Shown here piece after piece: positions 27,863 through 37,563 of a stretch of 59,173 nt of DNA. The notes under the pieces were generated by a model, which made no database searches, had not been told where the DNA came from, and was given only the letters and a program-made list of their open reading frames with translations. Each line of letters starts with the position of its first letter. Positions within the stretch are counted from its first letter, which is position 1. Origin of the DNA: an uncultured Lentimicrobiaceae bacterium (GTDB taxonomy: Bacteria > Bacteroidota > Bacteroidia > Bacteroidales > WCHB1-69); NCBI GenBank assembly GCA_964521105.1, contig CAZFPO010000008.1:1-59173 (forward strand), given 5' to 3'. A program made the position numbers and the translations under genes.

Positions 27863-30800
27863 ATGGATATAAAGAATTTCATTGAAAAGCTCGGATTTAC
27901 TGGTAATCTTTTTACTTATAGTAAAGAGTATAAACTTCATAATTATACAATCCGTATTGACCTGCAAAAAGGGAAAATATATTACAGAAAAGATGAAAAG
28001 ACCACAGTAGAAAGGCAGGAAGACGGACAAATTCAATTAGGCGACCATACAACCTCAAATTTTTCAGCACCTGAAAGCCTTGTTGTACTTGAATGTGTAA
28101 ACAGAATATTGGAAAAAGGATATGCTCCAAATGATATTCACCTTGAAAGAAAATGGAAAGTTGGACACGGTGCAAGTGGCGGAAAAGCAGACATTAATAT
28201 TTACAATAAAAGTGATGGTAAAACACTTTTGATTATTGAATGTAAAACTTGGGGTGAAGAATTTGAAAAAGAAAAAAGCAAGATGGAAGAACACGGTGGA
28301 CAGTTGTTCACCTATCTGAATCAGGATAAAAACGCTCAATTCCTTGTTTTATATGCTTCAAAACTTGAAAACGATGAGTTTATTTATGACAATTTAATAG
28401 TTCAAGTAAAAGACAGAAAAGAAGATTTAGAAAAGTCGTTAAAACAAATTGAAGAAGAAAATATTAAGCTCTATCGTGATGCAAATAATAAATCGGAATT
28501 ATTTGAGGTTTGGAAAGAGTCTTTTAATAAATATTTCCATTTTAACGGTATTTTTGATGATGATGCGAACGCATATTCTTTAGAACTAAAAGCTCTCAAA
28601 AAGAAAAATTTAAAAAAACTTGATGATGCCAAAGGTTTGTTCAACAAGTTTGCAGAAATATTAAGGCACAACAATATTTCAGACAATGCAAATGCGTTCA
28701 ATCGTGTTCTTTCCTTGTTTTTGTGCAAAATCGTTGACGAAGAAAAAAAGGACGAAGATGTTTTAGATTTTCAGGTAAAGGAAGATGAAGAATACGAACA
28801 CATAATCGACCGTCTGCAAGCCTTGTATCAGAAAGGAATGGCAAAATTAAATGAAGAAATAATATACTATTCTGAAGAAGAAATTCGTGATATTATTAAA
28901 CTTTATCCGGTTTTAACCCCAATTGAAAAAGTCGAGGAAATATTTAGGGAATTAAAGTACTATACAAATAATGAGTTTGCTTTTAAGGAAGTTCATAATA
29001 AAAAGTTATTCCAGCAAAATGCCCGTGTTTTGGTTGAAGTAATAAAACTTATTCAAAATTATCAGTTCCGTTTTACAAGCAAACAACAAGTGCTGGGCGA
29101 TTTCTTTGAATTAATGGTTAACCATGGTGTAAAACAATCGGAAGGGCAATTTTTTACTCCAATTCCAATTGTAAGGTATATTATTTTATCACTTGGTTTT
29201 GAAAATATTATCAATAAAAAATTGGAAAAAGAAGATACCGGGTTTTTACCTAAAATTCTCGATTATGCTTGTGGAGCAGGGCACTTTTTAACCGAAAGTA
29301 TTGAAGAATTGCAACAGATTTTAAAAGGTATAGATGAAGCAAATCTCAATCTTGAGTTAAGCAAAAAAGTTGAAGAATACAGAGAAGGAACAGAATGGGC
29401 TGCCGATTATATTTTTGGAATTGAAAAAGATTATCGCCTTGCCCGCACTTCTCAAATTGCTTGCTATATAAATGGAGACGGTGACGCAAATATCATTTTT
29501 GGCGATGGTTTGGAAGAACATGACAGATTGAATTTAGATAAAAAGAAATTTGATGTAGTTATTGCCAATCCGCCATATTCGGTTGAAGCATTTAGAAATT
29601 ATTTAAATGTGGGTAGAGCTCATTTCGACCTATTCGAATCGTTAACCGAAAGAAGTAAAGAAATAGAGGTTTTATTTATCGAACGTACAAAACAAGTATT
29701 AACCGACGGAGGCATTGCCGGAATTATTCTTCCTTCTTCTATTTTAAGTAATACAGGTCTATATACAAAAGCTAGAGAAATTATTCTGAAACATTTTGAA
29801 ATTACAGGAATAACTGAACTTGGAAGTAAAACATTTATTGCTACCGGAACAACTACGGTTATTTTATTTTTAAAACGCAGATGTGACGATTTTTTAAAAG
29901 ATCGAAAATATATTTCCGATGATTTATTTAACAATGTGAAATACGCAATAAACCAAAGGTATATCGATGCTGATAGATTTTTAGAAATGTTTGTAAAACA
30001 TCGTGGGTTTGATTTAGACGATTATAAGCGTTTCTTAATTGTGGAGATAAATGATAATTTATCAAAAACAGAAATGTTTAAAGACTACCGAAATGCATTT
30101 GACAATAGCACCGAAATAAAGCAACTGCTAACAAAAACCTTTTATAAAAACTTCTCCAAAGCAGAAAAAGAAAAAGAGCTATCCAAGCGATTCTACGAAT
30201 ATTGTAAAGACAAAGAAAAAGAAAAGTTTCTTTATTTTATGCTGTGCTTAGGCGATGGACATAAAAACCCATTAACTATTGATAAGTACTACACACATCA
30301 AAAAACTATTGTTGTTAAAACAGGCAAAGAAATTGATGAACAAAAACAATATTTGGGGTACGAATTTGTTGGACGCAAGGGTTACGAAGGCATAAAAATT
30401 GACCAATATGGCGGAAAAATGTTTGATGAAACCAATTACGATAATCCCGAAAAAGCCAATTCGTATATGCGTAATGCTTTTAAAGGGAATTCAATAACAA
30501 AAATTCACGAAACTCAACAAAAGAACATTAATGTCTTTAGATTGGTTGATTTGATAGATTTTAATAGGGTGGAGTTTGAAAAAGTGATTAGAACAGAGTC
30601 TGAAAATAAATTAGTTGTTGTTTCAAAATGGGAAATCAAAAGAATTGAAAATTGTTTAGCTGAGATAATAGGTGCAAAAACAAAGATAGAACAAAATGAA
30701 TTTGAGTTTTCAGGAAAAATTCCGGTTGTATCACAAGAATCAAATAAACTAATTTCTGGCTACACAAATAAAAATGTTGAACCAATAACCGATTTACCTT

Positions 30801-31627
30801 TAATTATTTTTGGTGACCATACTTGCAACTTCAAATATGTAAACTTTAATTTTGTTCGAGGTGCAGACGGAGTTGTTCTGCTTAAACCTAATAGTGATTT
30901 TGTTCCAAAATACTTTTATTATTTTATCCAGACGCAAAAGATTGAAGATGCTCATAAATACTCAAGACATTTTAAATATTTAAAAGAAAATTATATCCCT
31001 GTTCCTCCCAAAGATATTCAGCAAAAAATCGTTTCCGAAATCGAGAAGATTGAAAAGAAGGAGAATGAAAATGTTCAGAAAATTGAAAAGTTAGAAAAGG
31101 AAATTTCGGAGATAGTTATATCCACGAATAAAGAGTTAAAAGGTAAATTTATTGATTTTGCAAGTTTAGAATATGGTGCAAGTTTGCCAGAAAAAAATCG
31201 AATCAAAGGTGAGTTTCCAGTAATGGGAAGTAATGGAATTGTTGGTTACCACACAGATTTTTTAATAAAAGGACCAGCAATAATAATTGGTAGAAAAGGT
31301 TCAGCTGGAAAAATTGTTTATCAAGAAAAATCCTGTTTCCCTATTGATACTGCATTTTATGTGAAATTAAAAAATGATAATATTCCGATAAAATATTTCT
31401 ACTATTTTATTAAAACATTAAATTTAGAAAAACTTGGTGCAGGAGTTGGTGTGCCGGGTTTAAATAGAAATGAAGTACATAATCTTGAAATTGGTTTACC
31501 TACTTTTGAAGAACAGAAAAAACTTGTTGCAATCATTGATAAAAAAGAAAAAGAAATTGATAAATTGAAACTGGCATTATCGACAATTGAAGCTGAAAAA
31601 GAAGAGGTGTTGAAAAAATATTTGTAA
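27863..31627 (+). CDS. Single-polypeptide restriction-modification enzyme (nuclease + m6A MTase + fused two-TRD specificity subunit; Type IIG/IIB-like)
   Basis: KAD..IIECK PD-(D/E)xK; GQFFTP; LDYACGAGHFL (motif I); IANPPY (motif IV); two HsdS-like TRDs ending PPKDIQQKIV and PTFEEQKKLV. Confidence 0.9.
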   Translation: MDIKNFIEKLGFTGNLFTYSKEYKLHNYTIRIDLQKGKIYYRKDEKTTVERQEDGQIQLGDHTTSNFSAPESLVVLECVNRILEKGYAPNDIHLERKWKVGHGASGGKADINIYNKSDGKTLLIIECKTWGEEFEKEKSKMEEHGGQLFTYLNQDKNAQFLVLYASKLENDEFIYDNLIVQVKDRKEDLEKSLKQIEEENIKLYRDANNKSELFEVWKESFNKYFHFNGIFDDDANAYSLELKALKKKNLKKLDDAKGLFNKFAEILRHNNISDNANAFNRVLSLFLCKIVDEEKKDEDVLDFQVKEDEEYEHIIDRLQALYQKGMAKLNEEIIYYSEEEIRDIIKLYPVLTPIEKVEEIFRELKYYTNNEFAFKEVHNKKLFQQNARVLVEVIKLIQNYQFRFTSKQQVLGDFFELMVNHGVKQSEGQFFTPIPIVRYIILSLGFENIINKKLEKEDTGFLPKILDYACGAGHFLTESIEELQQILKGIDEANLNLELSKKVEEYREGTEWAADYIFGIEKDYRLARTSQIACYINGDGDANIIFGDGLEEHDRLNLDKKKFDVVIANPPYSVEAFRNYLNVGRAHFDLFESLTERSKEIEVLFIERTKQVLTDGGIAGIILPSSILSNTGLYTKAREIILKHFEITGITELGSKTFIATGTTTVILFLKRRCDDFLKDRKYISDDLFNNVKYAINQRYIDADRFLEMFVKHRGFDLDDYKRFLIVEINDNLSKTEMFKDYRNAFDNSTEIKQLLTKTFYKNFSKAEKEKELSKRFYEYCKDKEKEKFLYFMLCLGDGHKNPLTIDKYYTHQKTIVVKTGKEIDEQKQYLGYEFVGRKGYEGIKIDQYGGKMFDETNYDNPEKANSYMRNAFKGNSITKIHETQQKNINVFRLVDLIDFNRVEFEKVIRTESENKLVVVSKWEIKRIENCLAEIIGAKTKIEQNEFEFSGKIPVVSQESNKLISGYTNKNVEPITDLPLIIFGDHTCNFKYVNFNFVRGADGVVLLKPNSDFVPKYFYYFIQTQKIEDAHKYSRHFKYLKENYIPVPPKDIQQKIVSEIEKIEKKENENVQKIEKLEKEISEIVISTNKELKGKFIDFASLEYGASLPEKNRIKGEFPVMGSNGIVGYHTDFLIKGPAIIIGRKGSAGKIVYQEKSCFPIDTAFYVKLKNDNIPIKYFYYFIKTLNLEKLGAGVGVPGLNRNEVHNLEIGLPTFEEQKKLVAIIDKKEKEIDKLKLALSTIEAEKEEVLKKYL

Positions 31628-31732
31628 GAAAAGTAACTCATTTTTTAGATATAAATAAGATGGTAACATATCAATTGGCTTTATCAAATCAGTCCTTTTA
31701 AAACAATATAAACTGAAGCGAAGAAATTTAAT

Positions 31733-32080
31733 ATGGGAATGTTTGATTATTTAAAAATTAATACAAACCTATTGCCTTTGTCCGAAAGCGAAAAAAAGGC
31801 AATCGGAGATAATGTAATATGGCAAACAAAAGACTTAGATAAAGCCTTGTCAACAGCCGAAATTACAGATGATGGCAAACTTCGTTATTTGGAAATTGAG
31901 TACGTAAAAGATGATACATCTTTTTTGAAAGGAAGAGAAATGGGATGGATTGAAATTGAAATGCATGGTTTTGTAAACTTTTATGGCAAAGTAAACGACA
32001 CATTTTATGAATTTGAAGCCAAATTTACCGATGGTAATTTAGTAGGTATTACTCGTTTAAGCAATCAAAATTCATATTAA
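31733..32080 (+). CDS. Hypothetical protein (MGMFD..QTKD..FY..EFEAKF pattern)
   Basis: 115-aa ORF with A-rich initiation region; recognisable conserved-looking motif order, function unknown. Confidence 0.75.
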   Translation: MGMFDYLKINTNLLPLSESEKKAIGDNVIWQTKDLDKALSTAEITDDGKLRYLEIEYVKDDTSFLKGREMGWIEIEMHGFVNFYGKVNDTFYEFEAKFTDGNLVGITRLSNQNSY

Positions 32081-32096
32081 ATAACACATCCTCACG

Positions 32097-33104
32097 GTGA
32101 AAAAACACATTACCATTCCTATTTTTATTCCGGGCTACGGATGCTCAAACGATTGCGTGTTTTGTAACCAAAAATCGATTACTGGGGTATCTAAAAACCC
32201 AAGTTCAGATGAAGTTTGTGAAATCATCAAAACCTGGCTTTCTTCGATAAATATTGCTGAAACTGAAGTTGAAATTGCTTTTTTCGGTGGTAATTTTTTA
32301 GGACTTTCAACTAAAATACAACGTGAATATTTATCAATAGCTGAAAAATTTGTAAAACAAGGAAAAATTTCGTCTATCCGTTTTTCCTCTCGTCCGGATA
32401 CAATAACCGAAAATTCATTAAATGCAATTTCCGACTTTTCGGTAAAAACCATCGAAATTGGAGTGCAATCAATGGACGATGAGGTTCTTTGCCTTTCGGG
32501 TCGCGGACATACCTCAAAAGACTCCGAAAAGGCTGCTAAACTCATTTTAAAATTTGGATACACTCTTGGTATGCAAATGATGGTTGGATTACCCGGCGAT
32601 AATCCCCAAAAATCACTCAATACAGCTCTTGCGATTATCAAAGCCGGCGCATCACAATCCCGAATTTATCCAGTTTTGGTGATTAAAAATACTGCTTTAG
32701 AAACACTTTATCATCAAAATAAATATTCCCCTTTAAGTATCAACGATGCGGTAAAACAAGTGGCTCCTTTGGTCGATTTATTTAAAAAAAATCAAGTAAA
32801 AATTTTAAAAGTTGGCTTACATCCGTCCGAAGCTTATGCCGAAGGTAAGGATTTAATTGCCGGACCGTATCATCCTTCGTTTCACGAATTGGTTTTATCC
32901 GAAATTTGGAAACAACGGTTGGAAAAAGAACTTATACCAAACTCTTTACATGAATTTGAAATTAGAGTAAATTCAAAAGAGATTAATCATGCCATTGGTT
33001 ATAATGGATCAAATAGAAATTGGATTAAAATGCAATTCAAAAAAGTTGTTTTTACAAGCGATAACAACATTCCTATAGAGCAATTTATCATAAAACCAAT
33101 TTGA
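32097..33104 (+). CDS. Radical SAM protein, Elp3/HemN-like clade
   Basis: IPIFIP..GCSNDCVFCNQ (CxxxCxxC), AFFGGNF, SSRPD, IEIGVQS, MMVGLPG, RIYPVLV, GPYHPSF; GTG start. Confidence 0.88.
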   Translation: MKKHITIPIFIPGYGCSNDCVFCNQKSITGVSKNPSSDEVCEIIKTWLSSINIAETEVEIAFFGGNFLGLSTKIQREYLSIAEKFVKQGKISSIRFSSRPDTITENSLNAISDFSVKTIEIGVQSMDDEVLCLSGRGHTSKDSEKAAKLILKFGYTLGMQMMVGLPGDNPQKSLNTALAIIKAGASQSRIYPVLVIKNTALETLYHQNKYSPLSINDAVKQVAPLVDLFKKNQVKILKVGLHPSEAYAEGKDLIAGPYHPSFHELVLSEIWKQRLEKELIPNSLHEFEIRVNSKEINHAIGYNGSNRNWIKMQFKKVVFTSDNNIPIEQFIIKPI

Positions 33105-33108
33105 TATA

Positions 33109-33804
33109 ATGTCTGCTATTATCTGTGATTATCGATTGCCAGAACGCATGAAATTACAACTTTCTAACTATTACGAAGTGGTTTTATTTTCGGCAAAAGG
33201 ATTGGTTGAAAGTTCTTTAGATGGTCATCCCGATATTTTTATATCTAAATTACCTGAACAATACATTATTGCACCAAACACTCCGAAACAAATTATTGAA
33301 CTCTTTATCTCGAGTAATACAAAATGGATTTTGGGTAAAAAAACGGTTGGTTTTTCCTATCCCGACATTGCTTCCTACAACATATCCATAAGCGAAAATT
33401 ATCTTTTATGCAATTTGAAAATTTGTGAAAAATCGATTTTAGAACAATTAACCAATCAAAAAATAATAAATGTAAAGCAAGGCTTTTGTCGGTGTAGCAC
33501 TTTGGCTTTGAAAAATGATATCTTTATTACTTCCGATTCCGGAATTTATAAAACTCTACAAAAAAATAATGTCAAAAGTTATTTTTTTTCACCTGATTCC
33601 ATTCGTCTTGATGGATATAAAAATGGTTTATTGGGAGGCTGTTTGGGAATTGATGAAGATAAAAACCGCATTATACTTGCCGGGAATTTAGATTATTTTG
33701 GAAAAGGAAATCTTCTAAAATCTCTCTTTCAGGAATTGGATTATCAAATTTTGGAATTAGAGGATTGTCAGCTAATGGATGTTGGAGGATTTTTTGTGTT
33801 ATGA
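33109..33804 (+). CDS. DUF6873-like protein (predicted guanidino-modifying-enzyme/pentein fold)
   Basis: HPDIF, YPDIASYN, INVKQGFCRCS, ITSDSGI, IRLDGYKNGLLGGC, DVGG. Confidence 0.65.
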   Translation: MSAIICDYRLPERMKLQLSNYYEVVLFSAKGLVESSLDGHPDIFISKLPEQYIIAPNTPKQIIELFISSNTKWILGKKTVGFSYPDIASYNISISENYLLCNLKICEKSILEQLTNQKIINVKQGFCRCSTLALKNDIFITSDSGIYKTLQKNNVKSYFFSPDSIRLDGYKNGLLGGCLGIDEDKNRIILAGNLDYFGKGNLLKSLFQELDYQILELEDCQLMDVGGFFVL

Positions 33805-33808
33805 GACT

Positions 33809-33837
33809 GTTGTACGAAGTCTCCGACTTCGTACAAC
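33809..33837. repeat. REP-like palindrome GTTGTACGAAGTC-TCC-GACTTCGTACAAC
   Basis: Perfect 13-bp stem between convergent genes; 11/13 identical per arm to 26313-26342. Confidence 0.8.
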
Positions 33838-33843
33838 GTCTAA

Positions 33844-34578
33844 TTAAAAAAATCCAATCTCCACTCCAACTATCAAGCGAGAAGGTTCAACCGATATGGT
33901 AGACGTGTGAAATTTTGAATTAAAAATATCCGACATTCGGTAAGTTCCATATATTACCCATCGATTTATACCCAATCGAGCCGATAGACCCCAATGAAAA
34001 TCGGTTGTATAGTTTAAATCGCTTAACATTGTTTTTGACTTCGATGCTCCATTAACAGGTGTAGTATGTTCATCCCAAAAGATATGTTGTGGCGAATAAA
34101 GCCAATTTGCCCAAGCACCTAAATCTAAAAATTTACCAACTTGATTTCCTCTTTTTCCAAAATTGAAACGATTATAATATTCCAAACCAAGTGTTTGATA
34201 ATTAAATACTTCTTTTTTATGAACTAAGGTATCCGGAAAAAAGTTTTTTGAGTTTTGTTTTATTAAATTTCTATTTCCCGAAACTGATAAATCCAAGCCC
34301 CAAGCATAGAAATTACAAAAACGCAATTTGTATCGTAAGCCAAATTTTACTTGATTTGAAAGACCCGGTGTAATTTCAAATGCTCTTCCTTCGGGTTGGC
34401 TTACTACACTACCTAAACCTAAATAAAAATGCATATAATTTGTTCTGTTTTTGCCCCATTTTTCAACTTTATAAAGTTCCGATGGCTTTTCGTTGACTAA
34501 AACGGTTTGACTTTTTATAAACGATTGGTTAATAATTAATAACAGAACAATGATGGCGATTGATTTGAAATTTTTCAT
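33844..34578 (-). CDS. Outer-membrane beta-barrel (porin-like) protein
   Basis: Signal peptide ending KSQ; alternating amphipathic strands; C-terminal LIVGVEIGFF. Confidence 0.7.
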   Translation of the reverse strand: MKNFKSIAIIVLLLIINQSFIKSQTVLVNEKPSELYKVEKWGKNRTNYMHFYLGLGSVVSQPEGRAFEITPGLSNQVKFGLRYKLRFCNFYAWGLDLSVSGNRNLIKQNSKNFFPDTLVHKKEVFNYQTLGLEYYNRFNFGKRGNQVGKFLDLGAWANWLYSPQHIFWDEHTTPVNGASKSKTMLSDLNYTTDFHWGLSARLGINRWVIYGTYRMSDIFNSKFHTSTISVEPSRLIVGVEIGFF

Positions 34579-34602
34579 TATATGTTTATTTAGTGATTAA
34601 AA

Positions 34603-36192
34603 TTAACGTTTCCATTCTTTAATAAATTTTTGATATAACACTCTAACCGTACATTTTTCGGGTAAATCATTTATTGATAATTTTAGTGGTATTATATCAA
34701 AAACCGAAATTAAACCATATTTATATAGCTTTCCATCGGGCAATTCGATGTGATAGTATAGGTAATGGTTTGTGGGTGATTCTTTAGAAGAAATGGTGTC
34801 GTCATTGTTTTTTGTTTCAATAAATAATGTGTCACTTTCTAATTTAAAATCAAAACTTGGTTTAATTTCATCATTTTTTTTATTTGTAAAAAAAGACGCT
34901 TGTGGAATACCAAAACCATGAGCGTAATCATAATATGGATAAAGACTTCCTGATTGTTCAATTAGGCGAATCATTTCCATCGGTTTTTTTCCTGGAACCA
35001 TTTGCATGGCACATGCAACAAATCCACTTGTAAGAGGAGTAGCAAAAGAGGTTCCATAAGCATTTCCCAATTTATTACCTTTTTCAGCAACCCGAGCATA
35101 TCCCGAATTAGTAACATTTGGTTTCATTCTTCCATCAGCTGTTGGACCATACGAACTAAATGAAATTCTATATTCGGTGTATGGGTCGATGCCTCCAACC
35201 GAAATAATACTATCGGCATCGGCGGGTGTTCCAACAGCTTTCCATTTATTATCTCCATCGTTTCCCATTGCATTTACCACAACAATTCCTTTTGTAGCAG
35301 CCATGTTTGCGGCACGAACTACTAAACTGGTTTTACCGTTCATCTGTTCAGGAAAATATCTATCGTTAGTATAACCCAGTGAACTGCTGATGATTTGTGC
35401 TCCATTTTTATCTGCCCATTCAACGGCTGCTAACCAATATTCTTCTTCGGCAAATGGCTCGGAATTAACTTCGGTTCGTGCTAATAAAAACTCCGATTCG
35501 GTAGCTAATCCTAATTGTGTGTCGTTATATATTCCACAAATATTTGACATAACCGACAATCCGTGCGAACTATATGAATATACAAACTCCTTATTTTTAC
35601 AAAAATCCCATGTTTTAATTATTCTATTTTCTTTACGAACATGAACAAATGCGTCGTGCTTATCAACATCTGGAAAACCACCATCGAAAATTGCAATTCT
35701 AACTCCCTTTCCCGTAATACCCGCCTTTTTAAAATATTCTGCTTGCATTAATTGCATTTGTTTAATAGCCAAATCGTTGCCCTCATCAGTATTATTTGAA
35801 GGAGTTGCTTTTCCACAAAAATGCATTTTTACTCTTTGTGGTTGAATATCAATTACAAAGGGTAGTTTTTTTATCTTTTCAATCTGATTTTCCGTGGCTG
35901 TAACCGATAATGCATTAAACCACCTACTAGCATAGCCAACCGAAATTACATTTTCTCTAACAATGTTTATATAATCCTCCCGAACCGGATAATCGCTAAT
36001 ATCGTTTAAGGGTATATTTAATAATACTCTATGTTCTATCGTTTTTGCATCAAAATAGCTTATAGGGTCAAATTGAACTCCATTTTTATCCGAAAAAAAC
36101 ACCCAATATTTTTCATTTTGTGAAAAAAGATTCGTTTGGTTTAAAAAGAATAAAATTAAAAACAGGCAGAATAACGAGGGTTTTATTTTCAT
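34603..36192 (-). CDS. S8 subtilisin-like serine peptidase
   Basis: IAIFDGGF (D), SHGLSV (H), NAMGNDG, GTSFATP (S); signal peptide and propeptide. Confidence 0.93.
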   Translation of the reverse strand: MKIKPSLFCLFLILFFLNQTNLFSQNEKYWVFFSDKNGVQFDPISYFDAKTIEHRVLLNIPLNDISDYPVREDYINIVRENVISVGYASRWFNALSVTATENQIEKIKKLPFVIDIQPQRVKMHFCGKATPSNNTDEGNDLAIKQMQLMQAEYFKKAGITGKGVRIAIFDGGFPDVDKHDAFVHVRKENRIIKTWDFCKNKEFVYSYSSHGLSVMSNICGIYNDTQLGLATESEFLLARTEVNSEPFAEEEYWLAAVEWADKNGAQIISSSLGYTNDRYFPEQMNGKTSLVVRAANMAATKGIVVVNAMGNDGDNKWKAVGTPADADSIISVGGIDPYTEYRISFSSYGPTADGRMKPNVTNSGYARVAEKGNKLGNAYGTSFATPLTSGFVACAMQMVPGKKPMEMIRLIEQSGSLYPYYDYAHGFGIPQASFFTNKKNDEIKPSFDFKLESDTLFIETKNNDDTISSKESPTNHYLYYHIELPDGKLYKYGLISVFDIIPLKLSINDLPEKCTVRVLYQKFIKEWKR

Positions 36193-36212
36193 TTTGGTTA
36201 TTTATAATTAAT

Positions 36213-37496
36213 TTATGTTTTTTGTTTTTCTTTTTTAGCAGCTGGAAAAAGTACATTATTTAAAATTAAACGATAGCCCGTTGAACTAGGGTGAAGATTT
36301 AAGTCGGTAGTTGGATCACCAACATAATGCTGATAATCTTCGGGGTCATGCCCCGCATAAAACGTAAATGTTCCTTTGCCAAATTCACCATGTAGATATC
36401 TTACATTTCCAAATTGCGGACTTTCTCCTAAAATTATAACTTCTGGCTTAATTTTATCTTTAACAAAAGCAGTAGTTTGTCCCATAAAACCTTTAATAAC
36501 TCTTTCGTGGTTTTGTGTTAACATGGTTGGAATGGGATCCCATTTTGCTGAAAATTCAAAAAGTGTGAAATAATCATTATTTTTATTGTTCAAATGAACG
36601 CGTGGGTCAACGTCAATATCCGATTTAGCGTATTCGTATGGATTTGTTACAATTTTAAAATTAGTAAAAGCAAAAGTTTTGCTGTAATCTAATTTTGATT
36701 GAGCTTTTGGGTCAATTGGGTCTCCATCAAAAGGCACATCACAAATATCAGTATTTTCGGCAGCTAATGCAATATCATAACTATCGGGTGCCGAACACAT
36801 TGCAAACAGATATCCACCACCAGCTACAAAATCTCTGATTTTTTTTGCTACCGCTAATTTGAGCTGAGAAACTTTTGTAAATCCAAATTTTCGAGCTACT
36901 TCTTCATTTACCCTAACATCTTCTTGATACCAGGCGGTGCCTCGATAATTAGCCCAAAATTTTCCATATTGACCCGTAAAATCTTCATGGTGAAGATGCA
37001 ACCAATCGTAAGTGGGCAGTACGCCATTTAACACCTCTTCGTCATAAATTATATCGTATGGTATTTCAGCATAAGTAAGAACAAGTGTAACTGCATCGTC
37101 CCAAGGTAATTTATTTTTAGGAGAATAAACAACTATTTTTGGGGCTTTTACAAGTTTTATCGCAGCTGTATTCGATTCATTTGATTCTATTTGTGTTAGC
37201 ATTGACATTGCTTGAACGTCGGCAAGTATCTGAAACGAGACTTCCCTTATTTTACACTCCTTTTCAATTTCGGAATGATATTCCATTAAAAAACTTCCTC
37301 CTCGATAATTTAAAAGCCACTTAACTTCAACCTGCCTTTCAAGCGACCAATAGGTAATTCCATACGATTTTAAATGATTTTTTTGGGATTCGTCCATTGG
37401 AATGAATATATAAGATCCTAATGAACGACTTAGAATCATAGATAGAAATATCCCCATAAGGACACTTTTATTATAAAATATATTAAAAATTTTCAT
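36213..37496 (-). CDS. Conserved Bacteroidota secreted protein with class I glutamine-amidotransferase-like fold (often auto-labelled asparagine synthetase B)
   Basis: IPMDESQKNHLKSYG, DWLHLHHEDFTGQYGKF, FAMCSA, GHDPEDYQH; no Ntn or ATP-pyrophosphatase motifs. Confidence 0.7.
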   Translation of the reverse strand: MKIFNIFYNKSVLMGIFLSMILSRSLGSYIFIPMDESQKNHLKSYGITYWSLERQVEVKWLLNYRGGSFLMEYHSEIEKECKIREVSFQILADVQAMSMLTQIESNESNTAAIKLVKAPKIVVYSPKNKLPWDDAVTLVLTYAEIPYDIIYDEEVLNGVLPTYDWLHLHHEDFTGQYGKFWANYRGTAWYQEDVRVNEEVARKFGFTKVSQLKLAVAKKIRDFVAGGGYLFAMCSAPDSYDIALAAENTDICDVPFDGDPIDPKAQSKLDYSKTFAFTNFKIVTNPYEYAKSDIDVDPRVHLNNKNNDYFTLFEFSAKWDPIPTMLTQNHERVIKGFMGQTTAFVKDKIKPEVIILGESPQFGNVRYLHGEFGKGTFTFYAGHDPEDYQHYVGDPTTDLNLHPSSTGYRLILNNVLFPAAKKEKQKT

Positions 37497-37563
37497 TTTT
37501 CATTTAAAATATAATTTATAAAGTGTTTTATATTCAATTTGTTCAATCTTGAATCTTAAAATA

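Noticed and set aside
27459-32096. Integrative element or prophage carrying the R-M system
   Set aside because: No integrase, transposase, tRNA target or flanking direct repeats seen
36213-37496. Asparagine synthetase B (asnB)
   Set aside because: Has a signal peptide; lacks the N-terminal Cys Ntn-amidotransferase and SGGxDS synthetase motifs
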